Below are positions 51,801-60,330 of a stretch of 64,000 nucleotides of DNA, one piece after another (position 1 is the stretch's first letter; each line of letters begins with the position of its first letter). The notes beneath the pieces were generated by a model. It was not told where the DNA came from. It did no database searches and worked only from the letters and a program-made list of their open reading frames with translations. The position numbers were made by a program, and so were the translations under genes. The stretch is from the NCBI GenBank assembly GCA_963844035.1, contig CAWJMT010000037.1, positions 96,001-160,000 on the forward strand. Reading direction: 5' to 3'. The stretch comes from an uncultured Gemmatimonadales bacterium. GTDB lineage: Bacteria; Gemmatimonadota; Gemmatimonadetes; Gemmatimonadales; GWC2-71-9.

Positions 51801-54800
51801 AGCACCACGGGCGTGCCGGGCTCGCCCTTCACCCCCACGTACACGCGGTCGCTCGCCAGCACCGTCCCGTCGTGCGGGGCGAAGATGTCGATACCCGCGC
51901 CCAGCACGATCCCCGCCTGCTGTCCGCCCTTGGTCGCGACCCGGGTGCGTGCCAGCGGTACCGTCACAGGTTCCCGCGCCGGGCCGTCGCCTGTGGACGC
52001 CGCTCCCGTGGCGCGCCCCGCGCTGTCCGCCGTCGACGCCACTACCCCCGGCCGTCCGGCGGGGAGCGGCTCGCGCGACACTTCCGCCATCTGGCCGGAC
52101 GGCGTGACAAAGTCCGGAGCGATCTGGCGAACCAGCGCAGTCATCCACGACGATGGCACATCGGGGTCCCGGGCTTCGGTCAGCGGGGACGCGCAGCGGC
52201 AAACGGCTCTTGCCGACGCGGAGCGTCGCGGTCGCGGAATCGCTGCCGATGGACGACCACGCGAATATCCGGATCTCACTCCGGGGCCGGCCCACGGGCA
52301 ATGGAATCGCCGTGTTGCCGAGCCACGCGTAGCTGGTGAACTGGGTGTCGCCCACGAACACCAACGCGGAGTCGGCGAGCGGAGAGAACTCCACCATCCC
52401 GTCGAGCGGCATGGGGGCATCTTTCCTCAGCATCACTTCGTAGCGCATCTGCGGCCAAGCCAGCCCACCAACGGACGAACGCGATCTGTGTATCCGGACC
52501 GCCGCGAACTTCATGCTCACCACTTTTGACAGATCCGCCACTGTCAGATCCGCCGCTGGCAGGTCCACCGCCGGCAGGTCCACCGCAGGCGCCGCGACGA
52601 TGGCCGGGGCCTGGCGCAGGCCGCCCACCACCGGCGCTCCGCTCGGGGGGATGCCGAGGTCCACCGGGGGCGTCGTCCCGAGGGTGGCCGGCGCCTGGCG
52701 CAGGCTCTCCGCCACCGGCGCTTCGTTCGGGGCGACGCGGAAATCCACCCGGGGCGTCGTCCATCCGCTGGCCTCGACCGCCTGAATGTCGTCGCTCAAC
52801 ACCCGATAGCCCGGGGGCAGCGTCCGGGGGTCGAGGCGGAGCGCATGGCGACCGGGCCGCAGGTTCGCGAACGAGAACTTGCCGGTCGAGTCGGTGGTGG
52901 CAACCTGGCCGTCCTCGGTCCAGATGTCGATGCCCGCGAGGCCGCTGTCGCCCGCCTGTTGAGTGCCGCGGCCGGCGCGGTCGATCCACACCTTCCCGAT
53001 CGCCGCCCGCGTCTCCATCGGCCAGGCGCGGCGCACCTGCACCCATGCGACCGCTTGGGGCGAGACGACCTGGGCCGCTGCGGCCTGTGCGCCCGCGATC
53101 GCGCGCATCTCGGCCACCAGCCCCGGGGCCGACGCCAGCGCGACGCCGACGTGGAAGCTGCGCGTGGCGCCGGGCGCGAGTGGCGCCACGCTCACGAGCA
53201 CCAGCTGGCTCCCCGCCACCAGGACGGAGTCCGCGCCGAGGGCGGTGCCCTTGGCATAGCTCCCGCCCGCGGGCAGCGTATTCGTTATGCGGATGTCGTC
53301 GATCGGAACGATTCCGGAATTCCGCACAACGAGCGTGTAGGGGATGACCTCGCCCACGCCGACCTCGAGGGCATCGGCGGTGAGATCGAGCGCGACGGCG
53401 GTGCTGGGGGGCCCGATCAGAGCCAACAGCGCCGCCCTGACGGACAGCGCCGAGGCGTTCGTCGCAGCGAGGGCCCCCACGTTGCGGGCCCACACCGTGT
53501 CGCGCACGGCGGCGTTCACCTGAAGCACGACGTCAACAACCCCGCTGTCGCCGGGTGCGAGCGTACCCAGCGCCCAGCTGAGCACCGACCCGGAGGCAGC
53601 CGCCGGGGGCACCGCACTCACGTAGTCGAGGCCGGCCGGCAGCGTGTCGGTCAGGACCGTGTTGGACACGGCCGCGCCGGTCGGCGCGTTGCCATAGTGC
53701 AGCACGTAGTGCACCTGCTGCCCCGCCAGGGCCTGGGTCGCACCGACGAGCTGTTTCGAAAGCGTCAGGAGCGGCACCAGGACGCTGGTCTGGACGGCGT
53801 TGGTGTACGTCGTGTCGGTTATGCCGCCCGACGCGTAGACCGTGTGACCGCGGTTCGTCACGGTGCGCGCGGGACCCGGGTCCACCGCCACCTGGAACGT
53901 CACCGCGCCCAGGGCCCCAGCGGCCACGCCGCCCAGGTCCACGACCACGACGCCCGAGCCCGCGGGAACGATCGCGCCGGCGTCGTCGCCCGTGGCGTCG
54001 GTGAGGGGGGCGCCGTTCCACCGGAGGGTGCCGGGCACGTAGGTCGTGCCTGCTGGGATCGTATCGGCGAGCTGGCCGCTCGTGGTCGTCCCGCTGCCCG
54101 ACGCGGCGTAGGCAATCGTGTAGCTCAGCACATCACCCGCCACCGCGGTGGCCCGGTCCACTTGCTTGGTGAGGGCCAGGGTGACCGGCGTGACGGGCAC
54201 GTCCAGCCGGTCCCGCACCGTGTCACTCACGGCGGGATTGAACCAGCTCATCGCGCTCACCGCAACGGTGTCGGTCGCGCCCAGCACCCCGGCGGCGCCG
54301 GGGATCGCGACCTGCGCCAGCAGATACGCGATGCCGGCATACCCCAGCGCGACCGGCCCGGCAAGCGCCGGGTCGGCGGGGTCGAGCAGGCCGTCGGCGT
54401 TCACGTCGCGATACAGCGTCACGGGCCATCCGTGACTCGACACGCCGGCGACGGTGAACGAATCCGGACCGTTCCCGACGTTCGTGAGAGTGTGCGCGAA
54501 CAGGACCGCGGTGCCGGCGGCCCCACTCGAGACTCGTGGCGGCTCGACGTCCGCCCCCGCGACTTGGCCGACGAGGACGTCGGCCGTGTCGGAATAGGAG
54601 ACGAACCCCGTCCCGCTCGGGGTATCGAACGTGGCGACCGCCCAGGCACGGATCTGCGTTCCCGCGGGGGTGCCCTGAGCGGCGACAGGCGATTACGACA
54701 AACAACCTGAAAGCACAGAGGAGGGCGGCCGTCCGGCCCGCGACCGCTAAGCCGCGCCGGGCGAACCGCCCCCTCTGCACTCCGCAGGTGCCGAACTGCA

Positions 54801-54801
54801 T
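48866..54801 (-). CDS. Very large (about 1975 aa) outer-membrane protein: N-terminal donor-like hairpin, Ig/DUF11 repeats, SdrD-B-like domain, C-terminal beta-barrel (frameshifts near 54695 and 52185)
   Basis: Mature start 'QGTPAGTQIRAWAVATF'; three DUF11 repeats; 'IGKVWIDR...GLAGIDIWTEDG...TDSTGKFSF'; 'YPILGDAS', 'DYEINY', amphipathic strands, terminal Phe 'FWRARF'. Confidence 0.8.
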
Positions 54802-54816
54802 CGAGACGCTCGGCCC

Positions 54817-56042
54817 CTAGTTGATGCTGACGCGGAGTTCGAACGTGGCGCTACCGGCCGCGGCCAGGACACCACCGGTGCCCGTGTAGTCCGCCGTCAC
54901 GTTCTGCCCGACCACCCCAACACTCCAGCCGGTGGACGAGCTGGTGGATACGTACGTCACCTGCGCCGGCAACGCATCGGTCACCTGCACGCTCGAAGCG
55001 GAGGTGGAGCCGCCGTTGGTCACTGTGATCCGGTACCGGATGACCTGCCCGGGGACCACCGTGCCCGAAACCGGCGTGACCCCGTCATCGAGGTACGCGG
55101 CCTTGGCGAGCGTGAGGTTCGGCTTGATGACCGTCAGGTCCATGAAGCCCTGATTGGTCGTCGCGGGCTGTCCGACCGACGCGGCCGAGCAGGTTCAACG
55201 TGTCCGTCGATCCGCCGGCCACGTTCGCCACGTTGTAGATGACCGCGACCGCCTGCGACGCGCCGGCTGCCAGCGTGAAGCGCGCACTGTCACCGGCAAC
55301 GCCGTTCACCGACACGATGGTGATCACCGCGGACCCCGGGCTCGACCCCAGCAGATCGAAGTCGTCGCTCCCGTTGCCGTTGTTCTGCGCGGTGAAGCGT
55401 GAACGAATAGTTGTTGCCCGGGAGCCTCTGGACGTTCTGGCCCCCGTCCGGCGTGACTGCGACTGCGTGCGTCTGCGACGGGGTGATACTGCTCGCGGCG
55501 TTGCCCGACGTGGCCGGCGTGCGCCGTGACGTGGCCGTCAGGGTGTAGACGGTGTTCACGCCGCCCTTATTGCTCGCCACGTCATAGACAACCTTGACCG
55601 TGATCGAGCCGCCTTGCGCGATTGACGCACCCGCGAGCGCCGCGTTCAGCGCCGCGAGGCTGGCGTACGTGGTGCCGCTGTAGCGGTACCCCGTCACCGA
55701 AATCACGCCGGCGACGGAGATGTTCTGGGAGATCGTGACGCTGTCGTTGCCGTTGCCCGCGTTTGCCACCGTGAAGTCCAGCGTGTCGGCGGTGCTCGGC
55801 GACGCGGGGGTCGGGCTGGGTGTGTTAGCGGTCACCGCGACGCCGGCCGTGAAGCCGACCGTCACCGAAACCGATCCCGTGACCGGGGTGTAGGCGTTGT
55901 TGTTGGCGTCGGTATAGGTCGCGGTCGCCGTGTTCGTGATGACCGTGCCCTCCGGCGTCTGCGCCACGACTCGCGCGGTGACGGCGATGAGTGCCACCAC
56001 AGCGACGGCGAGGCTTTGGGTCCAGCGCAAGTACTTGAACAT
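54817..56042 (-). CDS. Secreted DUF11 protein, putative major fimbrial subunit (frameshifts near 55400 and 55180)
   Basis: Sec signal, then 'QTPEGTVITNTATATY', two Ig-like domains ('NAGNGND', 'NNGNGSD'), C-terminal DUF11 'LTLAK...PGQVIRYRITVTN...VTDALP...FELRVSIN*'; AAGGAG RBS. Confidence 0.8.
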
Positions 56043-56083
56043 CTGTCATCTCTCCTTGAGGTTGATTTCCGTTACCCGGACGC

Positions 56084-56590
56084 CTACTTCGCCTCGCCGG
56101 GTCCTGCATTCAGTTGCGCGCGAAACTCCGCGGTCACCTGTGCTCCCGGCGCCACGGACTCGAGTACCGTCCAGCGCACGTGCGTGTACAGCTCGCGCGG
56201 CGCCGGCTTCGTCACCTTGTGACCCTTCTCTTCCGCTTCGATGGTCGGCTCCGCGCTGTACGTCTTGCCGCCGTCGATCGAGAACGCGATGCGGGTCGGC
56301 TGGCGCGCGGCTGCCGAGCCAAGCACGTAGACCAGGCCCTGCGGGATCGGATCTTCGAACTGCACGTTCTTGACGGGCCCCTGCGTGAGGTTCGTGAAGA
56401 CGAGGGTGTAGCGGATCTCGTCTCCGGGGCGGGCGAGCGTCGAGTTTTTCCGCCCGCTCGCGGCTGCAGCAGTCACGTTGTGCGCCGTGATCACCAGCGC
56501 CTTGGGGCTCTGCGCCTGCGCGACAGCGACAACGGGCCAGGCCAGCACGGCGGCCAGGGTCGCAACGATCAGCATTCGCATCGTTCTCAT
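56084..56590 (-). CDS. Small secreted single-DUF11 protein (putative chaperone or minor subunit)
   Basis: Signal peptide ending AQA; 'ARPGDEIRYTLVFTN', 'EDPIPQGLVYVLGSA', 'FSIDGGKTY', 'YTHVRW'; AAGGAG RBS. Confidence 0.8.
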   Translation of the reverse strand: MRTMRMLIVATLAAVLAWPVVAVAQAQSPKALVITAHNVTAAAASGRKNSTLARPGDEIRYTLVFTNLTQGPVKNVQFEDPIPQGLVYVLGSAAARQPTRIAFSIDGGKTYSAEPTIEAEEKGHKVTKPAPRELYTHVRWTVLESVAPGAQVTAEFRAQLNAGPGEAK

Positions 56591-56671
56591 GTTCGGGCTC
56601 TCCTTTACCTGCGTGTGTATCGAGCGTGTTAGGGTCATCAGTCCTCTGTTGTGCCAGGCGTGCCGCGCCGC

Positions 56672-56812
56672 TCATCCCCTTCGGGTTGGGCGGCGGCTCC
56701 CTCGCCACAGCGGAACACCGCACTCGCATCGAGGGCAAACGACCAACTCACCCAGGACCTGCGGGCGACCGAAGAACGTCAGTTCTGAGCAACTGGGGCA
56801 GCGTCGAACCAT
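56672..56812 (-). CDS. 46-aa zinc-ribbon microprotein
   Basis: GAGGAG RBS; MVRRCPSCSELTFFGRPQVLGELVVCPRCECGVPLWRGSRRPTRRG (two CxxC). Confidence 0.5.
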   Translation of the reverse strand: MVRRCPSCSELTFFGRPQVLGELVVCPRCECGVPLWRGSRRPTRRG

Positions 56813-56844
56813 GTGTCGCAGCACTCCTCTCGAGCACGCGGAAA

Positions 56845-56860
56845 AGCAGGTCCTGTGCCC
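56845..56860 (-). promoter_or_regulatory. Putative sigma54 (-24/-12) promoter for the DUF11 operon
   Basis: Minus strand GGGCACAGGACCTGCT = GG-N10-GC; AT-rich IHF-like tract at 56876-56903 upstream. Confidence 0.6.
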
Positions 56861-56947
56861 CACGTGCCAAACTGCATAAACTAGTTATGTGACAATGAGT
56901 TACGTTACTTCTTGCTGGCGGGGTGGTGCTGCGGAACTGCTGGCGAT

Positions 56948-56975
56948 GTTACCCTGCGGTAACGCGGTTGGTAAC
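56948..56975. promoter_or_regulatory. Putative enhancer (UAS) copy 1
   Basis: GTTACC-ctgc-GGTAAC-gcggtt-GGTAAC. Confidence 0.65.
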
Positions 56976-56996
56976 GCCTGGTCTGTGGTTCTGGGC

Positions 56997-59900
56997 TTAC
57001 CTGATTCGCGCGGTGAAGCCGATGGAGCCGGTGTTGTTGGGCGCGGTTTGGCTCAAGCTGCCGGTGAATGTCCAACGGATATTGGTGACCTGTCGATCAT
57101 AGCCCGCTGGCGCACCCCCGGCACCGCTGGTGGGGATGTACGTCCACGTGGTCCCTCCGTTACTCGAGTACGCCACGACCACCGTGAGACCGGTCGAGCC
57201 GAGATTGCTCGTGACAGACCCCACCTTGAAGTCGGAGTTGGTCGATACGGAATCGATGAGGACCAGCGCCTCCGCGGCGCTGCCGCCCGAGTTGGTGAAC
57301 GTCAGCGTGTAGGTGAGATCGGTGCCTGCCGGCACGGTGCCCGATGGGACGACGCTGTGTGCCAGCCCCATGGTCGGTGCCGTGCGGGTCAAGACCACGT
57401 CGTTGCCGGTGCCACCGACGTAGCTGATCTTGAAGGTCAGGTTGCTCAGTGTGACGGTGGATCCTTCCGGCAGTCCGGCGAAAGTCCCCGTTATCGCATC
57501 GCCCCCGTCGTTGGTGATGACGGTGAAGGTCATGCCATCGGTGGTCGCAAAGCCCACCGTGCCGCTCAAGGCGGCGCCACTCACGTTCACGGTCCCCGTC
57601 ACGTTGAGTCGATCGTAGCCGCTGCCCACGGTGGTGCCGTTGAGCTCGACCACGAAACCGGGTGCGCCGCTGCTCCAATTCACGTTACCGCTGTTGAGAA
57701 TGCCCGGGCCCGATCCGGGCGAAACTGTTCCGCCCAGGGCGGTGGAGGTGATCGCCCCTACCGTGCCCGTACCACCCAGCGTGCCCCCGTTCAGGCTCAC
57801 GGCGCTCGAGCCTTGGGAGCCGTTTACGAGCAGCGTCCCCGCACTGACGGTCGTCGTCCCGGTGTAGGTGTTGGCGGCGCTCAGCGTGAGCGTGCCCGCC
57901 CCATCCTTGGTCAGGGTCCCGGTGGTGGTGCCGATCACGCCGCTCACCGTGGTGTTGCCAGCGCCCCCAACCGTCAGGCCGACGCCCGCGCCGCTGATCG
58001 TGTTGGAGACGGTGAGTGTGCCCGCGTCGGAGTTGATGCGCGCCGCGCTCCCCAACGTGATCGCGCCGGACCAGGTGTTGTTGTTGGCCAGGTTGCGCAG
58101 GGCGCCGCCGCCGGCAATCCCGGTCCCGTTCAGGGTGATCGGCTCCGCGATCAGCAGCCCGCTGCCATCCACCTGGAGCGCCGCCCCGGCGGTTACGGTC
58201 GTCGCTCCGGCGGTCGTCCCCAGGGCCGTGTTGTTCTGAGCGTCGAGCACGCCCGCACTCACCGTCGTCACACCGGTGTAGGTGTTGGCGCCGGAGAGCG
58301 TCAAAGTGCCGGTCCCCGCTTTGGTCAGCGTCACGGTCCCGCTGCCGTTCTGGAGGATCCCGGAGAACAACGTGCTCGTGTTGTTGCCCCCCGCCGTGAG
58401 CGTTACCGCGCCCGCCACACCGCTCGTCACCGTGCCGGCGCCGGCGAGTGAGCCGATCGCGTCGCTGAACCCGTTGAGATCGAACGTGGCTGCTCCGGCC
58501 ACGGTCACGGCGCTGCTCGCGCCCACCGCGTTGGCGATGCCCAGCCTCAGGGCGCCCGCACTGATGGTGGTCGCCCCCGTGTAGGTGTTGGCGGCGCTCA
58601 ACGTGAGCGTGCCTGTCCCATCCTTGGTCAGAGTCCCGGTGGTGGTGCCGATCACGCCGCTCACCGTGGTGTTGCCTGCCCCCCCTACGGTTAACCCCAT
58701 CGTGGCGCCGCCGATGGTGTTGGACAGCGTGAGCGTGCCCGCATCGGAGTTGATGCGCGCCGCACTCCCCAACGTGATCGCGCCCGACCAGGTGTTGTTA
58801 TTGGCCAGGTTGCGCAGGGCACCGCCGCTCGCAATCCCGGTCCCATTGAGGGTGACCGGCTCCGCGATCAACAGCCCGGTGCCATCCACTTGCAGCGCCG
58901 CCCCGCTCGCCACCGTCGTGGCTCCCGCAACTGTTCCCAGGGCCGTGTTGGTCCGGGCGTCGAGCACCCCCGCGCTTACCGTCGTCACCCCGGTGTAGGT
59001 ATTGGCGGCGCTCAGCGTGAGCGTGCCTGCGCCCGCTTTGGTGAGGCCGCCCGCTCCGCTCGTGACACCGCTGAGGGTGAGCGTGCTTGCGGCATCAGTG
59101 ACCGTGATGGTGCGGGTTGCGGCGAAGGCCATCGCCAGGCTGATCGTATTGGATCCAGCGACACTGCCGTCCGTCAGGTTGCCCGCACCAAGCACGATGG
59201 AATTGCCGGCCAGCGTATAGCCCGTGCCGGTGATGGTGATCGAATTGAAGGTCGTCGCGGCCGCCAGACCGTTTGAATTGGAAAGATTCGCCGCGCCGCC
59301 CGGGAAGATGAGATCCTCTCCTCCCACGAGTGGCGTGCCACCCAGGCCCGACCAGTTGCCCCCGTTGACCCAGAGATTGCTCACCGCGCCGGTCCAGGTG
59401 GCGGTCGTGGCTCGAGCGAGAGCCAGGGTCTGCCCGACTCCCACATCGGCGTCGTTCGAGGCGGTCGCCGTCTTCACTCCGGTCGCTCCAGCAACCGGTT
59501 GCACGACGTAGTTCATTTCGAGCGTGATCCCGACGGCATTCGGTACGGCATCCGAAGAGACATCGACCGCCTCCGTCATCCCGCCGGGCGGGGTCCAGGT
59601 TGCAGCCGAGGTGAAACTGTGGGTGGTGACGATCATGTCATAGCTCTTCGTGGTCGTCACACTGGGGGCGGCGTGGGTCAGCGCGCTGGCCGTCACCTGT
59701 CCGTTTTCGATATCGACGGGAGCAGCGGTGTTGACCCCGAAGAAGGTCACGATGCCGCCCGCCGAGCCGGTGGACGTGTTGAAAGTCCAGGTGTAGCTCG
59801 CGGGCTCGCCCGCGGCGGCGACCTTCCGATAGGTCGCCTGCGAGCTGGCGTTGGTCGCCGCCTGGTTCGTGCGGCGAATCAGGGTCCAGCCCGCGGGCGC

Positions 59901-60104
59901 GGTGATCGTCGCCGTATTGGGCCGAACGGCGATGGCGGCGATCATCACGTCGCCGGTCACGGTCCCGGCCGGCTTGTTGACGGTGAGCGAAAGCACCCCG
60001 GTCGTCGCACCCGCCTGGGCGGACGCACGAACGGCCTGAGCAAACACCGGCGCAGGCAGCAGCCAGGCGATCGCGATCACCGCGACCAGAAGCCAGTACC
60101 TCAT
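56997..60104 (-). CDS. Secreted adhesin with autotransporter-associated beta-strand repeats and C-terminal DUF11 (no autotransporter barrel)
   Basis: Signal 'MRYWLLVAVIAIAWLLPAPVFA'; repeated 'LTKxGxGTLTLSxANTYTG'; C-terminal 'PAGTDLTYTLTFTN...YSSNGGTTW...NIRWTF...IGFTARIR*'. Confidence 0.85.
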   Translation of the reverse strand: MRYWLLVAVIAIAWLLPAPVFAQAVRASAQAGATTGVLSLTVNKPAGTVTGDVMIAAIAVRPNTATITAPAGWTLIRRTNQAATNASSQATYRKVAAAGEPASYTWTFNTSTGSAGGIVTFFGVNTAAPVDIENGQVTASALTHAAPSVTTTKSYDMIVTTHSFTSAATWTPPGGMTEAVDVSSDAVPNAVGITLEMNYVVQPVAGATGVKTATASNDADVGVGQTLALARATTATWTGAVSNLWVNGGNWSGLGGTPLVGGEDLIFPGGAANLSNSNGLAAATTFNSITITGTGYTLAGNSIVLGAGNLTDGSVAGSNTISLAMAFAATRTITVTDAASTLTLSGVTSGAGGLTKAGAGTLTLSAANTYTGVTTVSAGVLDARTNTALGTVAGATTVASGAALQVDGTGLLIAEPVTLNGTGIASGGALRNLANNNTWSGAITLGSAARINSDAGTLTLSNTIGGATMGLTVGGAGNTTVSGVIGTTTGTLTKDGTGTLTLSAANTYTGATTISAGALRLGIANAVGASSAVTVAGAATFDLNGFSDAIGSLAGAGTVTSGVAGAVTLTAGGNNTSTLFSGILQNGSGTVTLTKAGTGTLTLSGANTYTGVTTVSAGVLDAQNNTALGTTAGATTVTAGAALQVDGSGLLIAEPITLNGTGIAGGGALRNLANNNTWSGAITLGSAARINSDAGTLTVSNTISGAGVGLTVGGAGNTTVSGVIGTTTGTLTKDGAGTLTLSAANTYTGTTTVSAGTLLVNGSQGSSAVSLNGGTLGGTGTVGAITSTALGGTVSPGSGPGILNSGNVNWSSGAPGFVVELNGTTVGSGYDRLNVTGTVNVSGAALSGTVGFATTDGMTFTVITNDGGDAITGTFAGLPEGSTVTLSNLTFKISYVGGTGNDVVLTRTAPTMGLAHSVVPSGTVPAGTDLTYTLTFTNSGGSAAEALVLIDSVSTNSDFKVGSVTSNLGSTGLTVVVAYSSNGGTTWTYIPTSGAGGAPAGYDRQVTNIRWTFTGSLSQTAPNNTGSIGFTARIR
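57850..59045 (-). repeat. Intragenic direct duplication (about 470-nt unit, 717-nt period) in the adhesin
   Basis: 'GGALRNLANNNTWSGAITLGSAARINSDAGTLT' occurs twice; tccttggtca at 57904 and 58621. Confidence 0.85.
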
Positions 60105-60213
60105 GGACGAGCGCTTGTGCTTCGGCAATTCACCCTCGGAGGTTCGTCGTGCGATTGCGTCAGGCCCCTCGCCCGCGCTGTGGACGTTGGGGCAGGGTGC
60201 CGACGCTGGCTGG

Positions 60214-60229
60214 CGCAAGGGACGTGCCT
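60214..60229 (-). promoter_or_regulatory. Putative sigma54 (-24/-12) promoter for the adhesin
   Basis: Minus strand AGGCACGTCCCTTGCG versus consensus TGGCACG-N4-TTGCW. Confidence 0.7.
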
Positions 60230-60302
60230 CTCGGGCAAGTCGCCAATATGTTGTGTCGTAATACCTTAGCGGAATGAACAGAGTGAGGAGATGATGTGCG
60301 GT

Positions 60303-60330
60303 ATTACCTCCCGGTAACCAGAACGGTATC
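60303..60330. promoter_or_regulatory. Putative enhancer (UAS) copy 2
   Basis: ATTACC-tccc-GGTAAC-cagaac-GGTATC, same spacing as copy 1. Confidence 0.65.

Noticed and set aside
49832..54710. Long plus-strand ORFs (835 aa, 621 aa) opposite the DUF11 anchor, and similar antisense ORFs throughout
   Set aside because: Shadow ORFs caused by high GC3 codon bias; no recognisable motifs, and they fully overlap well-supported genes.
56730..56790. GGGCAAAC as the start of a c-di-GMP-I riboswitch
   Set aside because: It is on the strand opposite the operon, lacks a convincing second stem, and lies within the Zn-ribbon ORF.
57850..59045. Adhesin internal duplication as a DGR or recombinational variation cassette
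   Set aside because: Differences are mostly synonymous or conservative and not adenine-specific; no recombinase nearby. It is an ordinary beta-helix repeat expansion.
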